59,304 nt of DNA from a virus (IMGVR_UViG_3300037264_003947:1-59304); one strand, 5' to 3'; shown: positions 47,995 through 57,832, numbered from the stretch's first letter. Numbers and translations: made by a program. The notes: a model not told the origin generated them from the letters alone.

Positions 47995-50900
47995 CTAACC
48001 TTTTCTAGTTTCTGTCATTTGGAACTTGTCGAACATGAATTTATACTTTGGTTCATTTAGCGTCCAAGAACCACCATTTAATCTCATTGCTCCTTTATCG
48101 CTGTCTCCATAACCTCCAAGCAAAACTGGACTTAAAATTATGGTTGTCAAACCAGAGTCGCCAGCTATTCTAGCATGTCCTACGGAATCAGCGTAATAAG
48201 TTCCTTCTGTGCTATCACCTGTATTTATGATTTGAAGAGTGTCACCTTTTCTTAATCCAGTGAAAAGTCGTGATCCATCATAAATAACAATTCTAGAGAA
48301 TGTAGGAGCACCAGCATCTGAAGAATAATACTTAATTCTTCTTACTTGCTCGAAGTCCAAGTAACCTTTGAATAAATTGACTTGGTCTATTGCTGATATT
48401 GGTGGCTTTACAGTTATTTCTGTAGTATCTCCATACCAAGTTACAGCATCAACCATTCTGGTTACATTATTTACTTCGTGCTTAGTATCGTATAAAGTCA
48501 CATAATCATCTTTAACTAATCTACTAAACTTTCTAATGCTATCTCCTACTGCAAGAGTATCTCCATTGTTTACAAATCTTCTATGATCTAGAACTCTTAT
48601 CACTCCCTGACCTGAACCATTGTCTGCATCTATGTAGAAAACTTGTCCTGTGTTATATCCCCATGTAGTATCAGCATTTGCAGTTATGTTAAAATCTAAA
48701 TAATACTTTTCTTGTGGTCTTATATCCCAAGATCTTAATGGATGATTAGCTCCCAAAGTTATAAAATTTCCAATAACCTCTTCTACTGGATTATAAACAG
48801 GGACTATCCAAGCTCCATGTCTCCAATAAACTTTGCTATCAGCAATCTTACTATCACCCACTACAGCTATTCCAGAATTTACTGCTGATTTTCTATAATA
48901 AATTACCCAACTATCTCCAGTTGGATAAGTATCTGATCTATTAGTAGGCAAAGAGTAATGTCCAGGAGTTAAATAACGAACTGCATCAACAAAGAGGAAC
49001 ATATCTCTTCTTCTTAAGTTCCAGTTTTGAGCAGACAAACCACTATCGCCAGAAGTTTTTATAAGAACTCTCATGTTCTCATAAATTTGTTCATCGTTCC
49101 AACTTGGATTAACTGCTTTCAACTTAGAAAATACTGAAGTTGAAACCTCTGGTGCGGTGTATGATTCTCGTGTATCTGTGTGGTCTCCAGAAATCCAGTG
49201 TCCTGTTTTTCCTAACCTGGTAGGAACTGTCCAATAACTGCTATCTCCCCAATGGAAGTTATTAGTACTTCTAGTATTATAAAGTAAGGCATCAGTTATT
49301 AAACCCTCAAATACATAGTTCGTTGCGATATAAGGGGTGCTACCTATTGAAAGGAATGAGTTCTTGGCCCAAGTATTAGCAGTTCCAGCGTAAGTAGAAT
49401 CTCCGTGTTGAATAGTTCCATTTACATAAAACTCTGCATAGTTAGCTAACACATTCCAAGTTGCTTTTAAATGAGTCCATTCTCTTAAAGCAGCGTTAGT
49501 AGTATAAGCAGTTGTGCAAGAAACATTTCTATAGTTTGAAGCATCCTTCATTATGGAGAATAACCACTTATCTGTTGCCTGACTATATTTTAAAACTATA
49601 TGAACAGAGTCACCAGTGTAATCAGACATTACAAATTTATCTACTGTTGTATTATAGTTGAAGTAAGGTCTTACCCAGCACTCAAATGTTCCACTATCGC
49701 CAACAGTTAGAGGATATGCTAAAGAATCTCCTCCTCTTAAAGAAGGTTTAGCGAAAGGTCTAGCAAAATCTACACTCTTCTCTATTTGAACATTATAAAC
49801 TTTAAAAGTGTCTCCACTTGTTAAGTTGGAAGAGTTTCCCTTTATCCACCAACCAAAACCATTGTAGGTTGCTTTTGAAGAAACTGTTGGTTCAATGAAA
49901 GTCCAAGTGTTTGCATAAACTATATTGGTATCACCAAATAAAGTATCGCCCGCGCGCGAGAAGAAAGGAGTTACTTTTATATCTCTAGTGGATTTAATCC
50001 ACATAGTAGTATAGTAATGCCCTGTATCTCCAGGAGATTGGTTGGTATCCCCAATTATAGTTCTATAAATATCAGTTCCAGTGCTCCAAGAGAAAACTGA
50101 ATCTCCTATTGTGACATCATAAACTCTTTTATAATTAGTATTCCAAGCTGGCCAAACATTCCATTTAGAAGTATCGGCCAAGTTTTCTGTTGCTATTTTA
50201 TTTATTATAGGATTCCAGAAACCAGTAACACCTTTTCCAGTCCATCGAACTCTTGTATTTGTTACAGCAGTGCCATAGGTAGGTAATTCAAAAATTGGAT
50301 TAGAGTTTCTTGTTGGTATTTTATTATCAGATGTTTTATTCTTAGTATCATCTAATCTTATTAACTCACTTCCACCAGGAATAGTTCTGCTAGCCTCAAA
50401 CAAGTTTCCTTCCCAATATCTTCTATCTGGATAATAACCAGAATAAAGGTGCATCATTCTATCTGGGCCACCTATATAAAGCGTTCCACTTGGACTTGCT
50501 TTGCTGCTTCCGTGCATTCCTACATTCGTGTCACCTTTCAAGTAAATAGTTACTTGCTTTGTAGAAGGGTTATAGGCAGGGGCGACAATATCAGCAGCAA
50601 GATAATAAGTTCCATCATTGGCATCTGCACTAGTTCCAGCAATTGTAATTCTATCTATTACATATTTACCAACTAAACTATCGCCAGTTGGATTTAGAAG
50701 CTCCATTAAAGCAGTTTTTGCAGATCCAGAAGATATGTTATTTACTACTATTTTTCCTCTTGGATAAACCGTATCCCCAGCTCTTGGATAAACCGTATCC
50801 CCAGCTCTAGCATCAATAGATTGAATGGCATAACTTCTATTGTAAAAAGATAGTAAAGGCCCAGTCCTATTCATATAAATAGGATCTGCTCTAGGTTCAT

Positions 50901-52764
50901 CTAATAAAGTCCAGGCATATTTTGCTGTCTCTATGGAAGGTCTGGCGCTGAACAATATGTTTCTTTCTACGAAAATTGGTGACAAGAACTCTGCGTAGAA
51001 TTCTATAGCATCCAAGTCCGCTGCACTTAAGTCAGCTTCCTGTCCAGTTCCAAGTGAAGTAATACTATACTGAATTACATTTGTTTTAAAGTAAGTGTAA
51101 GTATCTCCTAGTGGAGCGAAAAGATGTTTTATCTCATATGCACTTAACTCTCTAGTATATAATCTAGCTTCCTCCATTGAACCAATCCATCCATAACCTT
51201 TTATTGGTGTTGAATAATTTCCCAAATAAATAAATCCAGTGGGAAAAGTAGTTGTAATGGTTGCCGTTTCATTTACAATTATTACAGAATTTTTATAAAA
51301 TACTACTTTTTTTGTATTGCTATTAAAAGTAAATGCATAGAAACGAAGCTTATCATCAAAAGTTCCTACTGGTATATCAATATCTTCGTGACTAGTATTT
51401 GTATTAAGCCTAATTATACCACTTCCATCTGTATTGGCCCAAATACAGAAACCATCTGTATTAGATCTTCCAAATGTAAATGCTACACAAGAATCTCCAG
51501 CTAGTTTAGTTGCCCAGAAAGTAAAAGTTAATTCTTTAATGCCGAATCTATAATCTGGATCAATTATGGATTTGACATATCTAATTACTTGTTTATCAGC
51601 AAAATATATTTGTAAAGTGCTTGAATAACCAGATCTAGTCCACTCTGTATTATAAAGAGTCATTCTATTTCTATTTGTTGATAGATCTAGGATAGTATCG
51701 CCAATTCCCTCATTGAAATTCCAATGTCCTTGTAATCCATAAGAAGAATTTATTGAAACATTTCCAGTTAAATGATAACTAGAGTAACCATTAGAATCTC
51801 CAGTGGTATAAGTAGAAGCCAATCTATCAAAAGCATTTAAATCCATTGGCTCTGTTATAGAATCCTTTGAAACAGAGTAAGTTCTAGACATTCCAGTTGG
51901 AATAGCATCCGTTGGTTTATCTGGTGTTAAATAAAATAAATAAGAATCCTTATTTGTAGATGCGGTATAAAGATTGGCATTTATTGAAGTATCGCCAAAC
52001 CTTCTGTCAAACCAGAACTCTTGTGGTATTATTTCAAAACCAAGTAAGTTAAAGAATAGTTCGAACGAATAGTTTGTTCCTTTTATTCTATATATCTCAA
52101 TAATATTTTTAAGTAACTCTCTAAATGAAGAGTTAGTTAATAATTGATAGTCGTCTCTTTCATAACCTATTATTTGAGCTAGATAATTTAAATATTCCGT
52201 TGGTATTTTATCTAAATCTACTATGTTATAAAGATTATCTATAATCATAGTAAATTTATCAAACTCTCTCATGAAAGCTTCTTGGTACATTTTAGTTTTT
52301 TCTTCAGAGTTAATCATATCATAATCAAACTCTGGCAAGAAATACTTATATTTCTGTCTAAAGAAAGTTTTTACTGCAGAGTATTTAAAGGAATACACCA
52401 TCCAGTGAGCTAGAGCACTATCAGTAAAACCACCACTAGGAACAAAATATCCATAAGGAGTAGAGATTGGATTAATTACAATGGCCCAAATAGCACTACA
52501 TATTGTTGCGTTGCCAGAAAGATAGATGGCAGTGTTAGAAGTAAAAGTATCAACGTTTGCTAAATAATATTCTGCCAAAGCTGAGTAACCAGTTATCGTT
52601 AAATAGTAACTTCCAATATAGGTGTCACCAGTAAATTTTGGAGCTATATCACCAGAAGAATATTGTGGAACTAATGTATAACCCAGATTTTTAAATTCTG
52701 TATTTAAATCAGAGTCATTCTTTAGTATTGATACTATTTGATCTACTTCAAATTTTTCTGCCAT
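47995..52764 (-). CDS. Large baseplate/tail protein with a tail-protein-I-like segment and LamG-like domains
   Basis: YLNYLAQIIG...IYRIKGT..SFELFF; GHWNFNEG.G...RLYTRELS. Confidence 0.75.
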   Translation of the reverse strand: MAEKFEVDQIVSILKNDSDLNTEFKNLGYTLVPQYSSGDIAPKFTGDTYIGSYYLTITGYSALAEYYLANVDTFTSNTAIYLSGNATICSAIWAIVINPISTPYGYFVPSGGFTDSALAHWMVYSFKYSAVKTFFRQKYKYFLPEFDYDMINSEEKTKMYQEAFMREFDKFTMIIDNLYNIVDLDKIPTEYLNYLAQIIGYERDDYQLLTNSSFRELLKNIIEIYRIKGTNYSFELFFNLLGFEIIPQEFWFDRRFGDTSINANLYTASTNKDSYLFYLTPDKPTDAIPTGMSRTYSVSKDSITEPMDLNAFDRLASTYTTGDSNGYSSYHLTGNVSINSSYGLQGHWNFNEGIGDTILDLSTNRNRMTLYNTEWTRSGYSSTLQIYFADKQVIRYVKSIIDPDYRFGIKELTFTFWATKLAGDSCVAFTFGRSNTDGFCIWANTDGSGIIRLNTNTSHEDIDIPVGTFDDKLRFYAFTFNSNTKKVVFYKNSVIIVNETATITTTFPTGFIYLGNYSTPIKGYGWIGSMEEARLYTRELSAYEIKHLFAPLGDTYTYFKTNVIQYSITSLGTGQEADLSAADLDAIEFYAEFLSPIFVERNILFSARPSIETAKYAWTLLDEPRADPIYMNRTGPLLSFYNRSYAIQSIDARAGDTVYPRAGDTVYPRGKIVVNNISSGSAKTALMELLNPTGDSLVGKYVIDRITIAGTSADANDGTYYLAADIVAPAYNPSTKQVTIYLKGDTNVGMHGSSKASPSGTLYIGGPDRMMHLYSGYYPDRRYWEGNLFEASRTIPGGSELIRLDDTKNKTSDNKIPTRNSNPIFELPTYGTAVTNTRVRWTGKGVTGFWNPIINKIATENLADTSKWNVWPAWNTNYKRVYDVTIGDSVFSWSTGTDIYRTIIGDTNQSPGDTGHYYTTMWIKSTRDIKVTPFFSRAGDTLFGDTNIVYANTWTFIEPTVSSKATYNGFGWWIKGNSSNLTSGDTFKVYNVQIEKSVDFARPFAKPSLRGGDSLAYPLTVGDSGTFECWVRPYFNYNTTVDKFVMSDYTGDSVHIVLKYSQATDKWLFSIMKDASNYRNVSCTTAYTTNAALREWTHLKATWNVLANYAEFYVNGTIQHGDSTYAGTANTWAKNSFLSIGSTPYIATNYVFEGLITDALLYNTRSTNNFHWGDSSYWTVPTRLGKTGHWISGDHTDTRESYTAPEVSTSVFSKLKAVNPSWNDEQIYENMRVLIKTSGDSGLSAQNWNLRRRDMFLFVDAVRYLTPGHYSLPTNRSDTYPTGDSWVIYYRKSAVNSGIAVVGDSKIADSKVYWRHGAWIVPVYNPVEEVIGNFITLGANHPLRSWDIRPQEKYYLDFNITANADTTWGYNTGQVFYIDADNGSGQGVIRVLDHRRFVNNGDTLAVGDSIRKFSRLVKDDYVTLYDTKHEVNNVTRMVDAVTWYGDTTEITVKPPISAIDQVNLFKGYLDFEQVRRIKYYSSDAGAPTFSRIVIYDGSRLFTGLRKGDTLQIINTGDSTEGTYYADSVGHARIAGDSGLTTIILSPVLLGGYGDSDKGAMRLNGGSWTLNEPKYKFMFDKFQMTETRKG
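50757..50808 (-). repeat. 24-bp direct repeat (RAGDTVYP x2)
   Basis: CTCTTGGATAAACCGTATCCCCAG twice on the plus strand. Confidence 0.9.
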
Positions 52765-52768
52765 TTAA

Positions 52769-55700
52769 TTATCCATTATAAACCAAGTAAGTTATATTTA
52801 TACCGTGAACTAATGTAGAACCAGAAAGAACATTATCTGATAAAAGAATTATCTCGTCAAAGTTACAAGTAATTTCATTCTCTTCATTTGTTAATGAATT
52901 TGTCAAATCCTTACCAAAATAAGACATAGTTACATATTCTACTCCAGCAACTGAGTGTATCAAACTTTCTACTTTTGATCTAACTACTGATTGAGCATAG
53001 TCTCTCTTTACCACTCCACTTGTTACGAAACTATATTCTTCTGATAAAGCTGTCTCTACAGCGGACTTAACCTCACTTGAAGAATAAGATTTATTATAAT
53101 AAACATTTGCTACAATATCAAAAGTGCTAAAAGTAGTTTGCTTAAAAATAGTGTCAATTCCAACTATTTTTTTATTCTGCATATAATCTTGATATGTAAA
53201 CTCGTCTGTTGTTATATCGTTTCTTCTATCCCAAATAAAGTGATCGTAGAAACTTGCATCTGGAACTTGAGATAACCCATTGTTCGTCTTTATCATTTCC
53301 ATCAAATCTTCTGTTGCTGTATGTCTTTGTCTTAAATAATAATCTCCATTTACTTTATAAACATAGTTAGTATCGCCACTCAAATCAAACAAGTTTCTTG
53401 CAGCAGTAGAAAGTTTATTTCCACGAACACTTATTCTAACCTGGCTATTATTATTGGCAAAAGGACTAGTAATGGTAATTCTCTTATATACAGGATCTAT
53501 TGTTGCGTAAGTGAAATTTCCATAAGAATCTCCAGTGGCCCACGCTCCATATTTTGCTTTTAGTTGGCTATTAATAGTGTCTCCAATTAATGAAAGCCAA
53601 TAGAAAGAATCGCCACCAGAATCTCCTACCCATAATGTTACTAGAGTATCGCCTCTTGTATCTATTCCTAACATAAGCACTGGAACGCAAGGTTTTATAA
53701 TTACTGAGTCTCCAAGTGTTGGACTTACTAACTGAGCTGGTGTAGCATAAGTTAAGTCCCAACTATTATTAATTGCAAATAATGAAGGAGAAGTAGTTGC
53801 AACCTTGGTAAATCTTACTTTATAATCTGACAAATTTGCATCTGGAGTTGTGTCTCCATAAGTATTATAAACTCTATCAGCTATTGGTCTCCACTCATAA
53901 TCAGTTCCTTGAGTGTAGTTATAGTTATGATAAGTTCCTAAAGTTATAGTTGATGTATCTCCAGTCATATAATGAACATAAAAACTTGAAGGATTTGGAG
54001 AAATAGTTGTAGATCCAAGTTCATAAATTATTTTTCCAAAATTTGCTAGTGTATTATTGGCTATTAGAGTAAGCCTTCTATATCCATAACAAACATAAGT
54101 ATCTCCAGCTACAGCAGTTCCCAATACTGCAGAAGTGGCGTCTTGACGAACTACGCTACCTATTTCAATTCCAGGCTGAACCTTCTTTATGTAAATTCTA
54201 GCAGTTGGTGTATCTCCACCCCAAATGTTTCCCTTTCCATATCCTTGAATTTTAACATAGTTAGCAGTTCCAATTTGAACTACACTAGCTCCACCACGAA
54301 TACCAGTAGAGTCAGCATAGTTAATGCCATAAGCTCCAATACTTCCCAATTTTCTATTTATTGATTGTGCTACTTCGTGGGCGTGAACATTATTAATATT
54401 TAAAGCAGCAGAGGCTATATCAATTACTGTATCACCTTTGCTATCTATGTTGAGTTTGATAAATCTTAAGTTTTCTAGATCAAGTCCCTGTACCATATTT
54501 ACCGAAGAGATAAAATATGCTTGAATAGGTTCAACTATTTTATATCTACTGACTAAAATTGAGTCACCAGAAAAAAGTGTGTCTCCTACTAGTTTATTTT
54601 GTATGTCAATAAATTGCTGAGAAGTGTCTATTGCAGAAGTTGCTATTGCTTTGAATTTTGTGTCACTTAAGAAATTATCCTTAAGGTCTTGCGGAGTATC
54701 TAAATATATATAATTAAAGAAAGTATCTGTAGTGTCTCCATTCCAAGCTATAGCAGTTCCAGCTAGCTTAGTCCTACCAGCAACAGCACTACTAGTGCCT
54801 AGAGTAACGGTATTAAATGCTCCAGGCCTGAAGGCATTTATCTCATTAAATCTATTTTCTAGATAAAGACTCATCCAATTAAACTTATTATAGTCAGAAG
54901 TTTCTACACTTTCCCATCCAGTAGCTTTTGGAACTACATAACTCCAAACTTCTGTAGGAGAAATGTTCTCTCCATACCTAGCATATACTCCAGTAGGAGC
55001 ATTTCCAGCTCCATAGCTTACAGCAGTTGTTGAATTTGCATTGGCATTTAAGAGAATATCATAGTCTTCAGCAGTTACTGCTTTCTCTACCGTTCTTATT
55101 GATAGAGGTGCGTAGATTACTGCGTGTTCTGGAGTTTCTGAATCCTGACCACCTGAACCTTCTGATAAATTTTCAAAAGAAATGTGAATATTTCTTATGT
55201 TGGTTGGGTTAGCTATTGGTGAAACTGCTATTAGTTGAGTTGTATTTATAGCGTCACGAACTATATTTCCGTTCGCTCCACCACCAGCTCTATAGAAAAC
55301 TCTTATCTTATCTCCTATTGCTGGTCTTCTTGTTGCTGAAGGAAGCAATGAGGTTGGACCAAATGAAATAGTCACTGTATCATTTTCTCCAACTGATAGA
55401 GTATATGGTATTGGTCTAGCTAAACCAGTAACATCATCCGTTTCTTCCTGTGCTTCTGCATCTAGGAAAGAGTCAACCTTTATAAGTTCTTCCTCTGTAA
55501 ATAGAGTATCATCGGCAAAATAAACTATTGGAGAACCTTGTATTACAGAATTTTTATTTAGCGTAAAAGTGAAAGAGTTATCTGTTGTTACAGTAAAGGT
55601 TTCTATATAGGTTGTGCCCTCATAAAAGGTTACTGTTCCAGCAGTTGTTATGAAAGAAGTATCTATTTTAACTCCTACTTTGTAGCTATACTTTTCATTA

Positions 55701-56191
55701 GTGCTATCATAACTTAATGCTTCGAAATTTCTATTTACTCCAAGTTTGTCTTTTGCTGTCAATGAGTAAGGAGCGAAAGTAACGCCCTGAACATATAGCG
55801 GAGTTAAATAAAACTCGCCAGGCCAGCTATCTCCATAACCAGTTGCTGGAACTGTAGTAGTTACATTCACTTCTGAAGCATACGGAAGGGTGAAGTTATA
55901 ACCAATAATTTTCAATATTCTCATTATGCTGGATTTTTGTGTGGCAGTTGATAACCAGTTTTCATTTGCTACCCAGTCAACTCTAGTTGCTAGGTTGTCT
56001 GTTATGTAAGCAAAGAGTTCTATCAACATTCTTCCAGCATCAGAGGATAGGAAGTCGTCCCATTTTTGATTATAGGTAGGGTTATCAGTTACTAGACTTA
56101 ATATATCGTCTCGTATATTCGCATACTCTAGTCCACTAAATTGAGTTTTTGGTAACGGAGTTAAAGTTCTAGCGATGGCACTACCCTCCAT
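52769..56191 (-). CDS. Baseplate wedge protein (T4 gp6 / baseplate J-like)
   Basis: WDDFLSSDAGRMLIELFAY...GY; ISFG...P; YRAGGGANGN; GGQDSET; AVTAEDY; V.GV.YV. Confidence 0.88.
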   Translation of the reverse strand: MEGSAIARTLTPLPKTQFSGLEYANIRDDILSLVTDNPTYNQKWDDFLSSDAGRMLIELFAYITDNLATRVDWVANENWLSTATQKSSIMRILKIIGYNFTLPYASEVNVTTTVPATGYGDSWPGEFYLTPLYVQGVTFAPYSLTAKDKLGVNRNFEALSYDSTNEKYSYKVGVKIDTSFITTAGTVTFYEGTTYIETFTVTTDNSFTFTLNKNSVIQGSPIVYFADDTLFTEEELIKVDSFLDAEAQEETDDVTGLARPIPYTLSVGENDTVTISFGPTSLLPSATRRPAIGDKIRVFYRAGGGANGNIVRDAINTTQLIAVSPIANPTNIRNIHISFENLSEGSGGQDSETPEHAVIYAPLSIRTVEKAVTAEDYDILLNANANSTTAVSYGAGNAPTGVYARYGENISPTEVWSYVVPKATGWESVETSDYNKFNWMSLYLENRFNEINAFRPGAFNTVTLGTSSAVAGRTKLAGTAIAWNGDTTDTFFNYIYLDTPQDLKDNFLSDTKFKAIATSAIDTSQQFIDIQNKLVGDTLFSGDSILVSRYKIVEPIQAYFISSVNMVQGLDLENLRFIKLNIDSKGDTVIDIASAALNINNVHAHEVAQSINRKLGSIGAYGINYADSTGIRGGASVVQIGTANYVKIQGYGKGNIWGGDTPTARIYIKKVQPGIEIGSVVRQDATSAVLGTAVAGDTYVCYGYRRLTLIANNTLANFGKIIYELGSTTISPNPSSFYVHYMTGDTSTITLGTYHNYNYTQGTDYEWRPIADRVYNTYGDTTPDANLSDYKVRFTKVATTSPSLFAINNSWDLTYATPAQLVSPTLGDSVIIKPCVPVLMLGIDTRGDTLVTLWVGDSGGDSFYWLSLIGDTINSQLKAKYGAWATGDSYGNFTYATIDPVYKRITITSPFANNNSQVRISVRGNKLSTAARNLFDLSGDTNYVYKVNGDYYLRQRHTATEDLMEMIKTNNGLSQVPDASFYDHFIWDRRNDITTDEFTYQDYMQNKKIVGIDTIFKQTTFSTFDIVANVYYNKSYSSSEVKSAVETALSEEYSFVTSGVVKRDYAQSVVRSKVESLIHSVAGVEYVTMSYFGKDLTNSLTNEENEITCNFDEIILLSDNVLSGSTLVHGINITYLVYNG

Positions 56192-56394
56192 TCCTGAATT
56201 CTAACAAATTTAAAATCAGGAAATAGTTCTTTTATTTCTTTCTCTCTTGTAATATCTTTCATTTTCTTTTTTTCTCGTAAGTGATATTTTTCATCCCACT
56301 CTATTATTAATTTTTTCTCAAAATTAATATAATCAACCCATCTTTTTTCTTTTAATCTTTTCATAAATTCTTCTTGAGATAATAACTTAGCCAT
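56161..56394 (-). pseudogene. Remnant of a Vsr/DUF559-type homing endonuclease
   Basis: LSQEEF N-terminus fused directly to VDY....KLIIEWDE.YH...KD..RE..I......FVRI; only 77 aa. Confidence 0.55.
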
Positions 56395-57001
56395 TTAAGT
56401 CCTCATACACAACATAGTAAAAGTTGTTATCTATTTTCAATTTATAATTATTCACAGTTTTGTATATTAATTCTTTCGCAAAATCATCTTTCACTTCAGA
56501 TACTTTCCCACTTGAAAGGATTCTTCCAGCTGAAAAGTTGTTTATCATTCTCGCATAGTTATTCGCATTTATATCACTTGTCAAAATAACATTATATCCA
56601 TCCACCTTATAGTGTGGAGGGGCAGTAAGTAGTTCTTTAGACACTTCCTCAAACATCGACTCTAATTTTAACTTCTTGGAAGGCAGTTTTACAGAAGAAG
56701 TTTTAATGTCTTCTATCTTTTCTTCAGTTCTTTTTATACCCTTGGGAAGCCCTTCCAAAAAAAATGCTCTAACCGTAGGAGACATTTTCGTTTCTTTTAT
56801 AATTTTCTCCGCGTCATCATAATCAAAGCCCTTCCAATTTTGAGGTGCATTTTTCATCCATATATCAATGAAAAATTTATTAGCTTCAACATATTCTCCA
56901 AGCAAAAATAACATTCCATCAACAAGAGTTTTAAATAGTTCGTGACTATAACCGTTTTTTATTCCTAGTTTATCTAACTTTGAAAGATCTTTCGTAGCCA
57001 T
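56387..57001 (-). CDS. Hypothetical protein sharing a module with 30154..31395
   Basis: LPKGIKRTEEKIEDIKTSSVKLPSKKLKLE. Confidence 0.65.
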   Translation of the reverse strand: MATKDLSKLDKLGIKNGYSHELFKTLVDGMLFLLGEYVEANKFFIDIWMKNAPQNWKGFDYDDAEKIIKETKMSPTVRAFFLEGLPKGIKRTEEKIEDIKTSSVKLPSKKLKLESMFEEVSKELLTAPPHYKVDGYNVILTSDINANNYARMINNFSAGRILSSGKVSEVKDDFAKELIYKTVNNYKLKIDNNFYYVVYEDLNG

Positions 57002-57345
57002 TATATTCTTACAACCTTTTCAAGCGTAAAAACTTCTAGAGTTTCATTGATAATTACTTCTACTTTAACTGCTAGTGTATTAGCGTCTAAATTAGTAAGC
57101 GTTATTGCTTGAACAGTTACTCTAGGTTCCCACTTACCTATTGCTGTAGCTATCTCGGACATTATCTCTTCTTTCATTATGATTGATTGATCGAATAGAA
57201 ATGCCTTAAACCTACAACCGAAGGTGGGATTACCCACTCTTTCACCTGGCATAGTAAGAAGTATGCGGGTAAGGTTCTCTTCTAATAGAGCTGAGTCTTG
57301 TAATATTGTGGGAGAGTCCACATTGTATATTCCTACACCTTTCAC
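57001..57345 (-). CDS. Baseplate wedge subunit gp25/GPW-like
   Basis: ILLTMPGERVGNPTFGC...I.KWEPRV. Confidence 0.92.
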   Translation of the reverse strand: MKGVGIYNVDSPTILQDSALLEENLTRILLTMPGERVGNPTFGCRFKAFLFDQSIIMKEEIMSEIATAIGKWEPRVTVQAITLTNLDANTLAVKVEVIINETLEVFTLEKVVRI

Positions 57346-57388
57346 GGATTACCTCTTTGAGATTAACTTTACTCAAAAAGTTGTTTAT

Positions 57389-57562
57389 CTATGGTTTATT
57401 TGGTGTAAAGGAATATTCAGCGCAGGGATTTATAAACTTAGGGCTTACTTTCGCCATAAGTGTTTTTAACTTGGGGAGTATTTCTTTTACTTTCTCAATA
57501 CTTACTACTTCATCAAGTAGAGAATAGATAGTGGCTAGTTCAGCGAATTCTTTCTCTGTCAC
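57389..57562 (-). CDS. Small hypothetical protein
   Basis: GTGA-coupled ORF MTEKEFAELATIY... Confidence 0.45.
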   Translation of the reverse strand: MTEKEFAELATIYSLLDEVVSIEKVKEILPKLKTLMAKVSPKFINPCAEYSFTPNKP

Positions 57563-57771
57563 GGCCTTACCAGAGTATGCATATGATTGTCTTCACCAGC
57601 GGGGAGAATAGTGAAGTGTTCGATCTTATGTTTATGCTTAGGTCCAGGTCCCATAGTTTTTCTAGTAGAACCATTACCAGTCAAATCTATTTTATAAGTG
57701 TGGGTATGGTTGAAGGTTCCAGAGTTACTGGTTTCGCCTTCTTCTTCTTTTAGAAATTGTTTTAAGTTCAT
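57559..57771 (-). CDS. His-rich HxH-repeat protein (YmaF-like)
   Basis: HTH...HKH...HMH; start MNLKQFLKEE at 57771. Confidence 0.55.
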   Translation of the reverse strand: MNLKQFLKEEEGETSNSGTFNHTHTYKIDLTGNGSTRKTMGPGPKHKHKIEHFTILPAGEDNHMHTLVRP

Positions 57772-57792
57772 ACTTTTAACTTTACAATAAAA

Positions 57793-57814
57793 AACCCCAG
57801 ATTGCTCTGGGGTT
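57793..57814 (-). terminator. Terminator followed by the GTAAAGTTAA motif
   Basis: AACCCCAGA-GCAA-TCTGGGGTT-TTTT. Confidence 0.72.
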
Positions 57815-57832
57815 AAAATTGCCAAGGTTTAC

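Noticed and set aside
1953-49958. GCGCGCG runs at ~1953, ~6935 and ~49951
   Set aside because: All lie in coding Arg-Ala codons; too few to support a function
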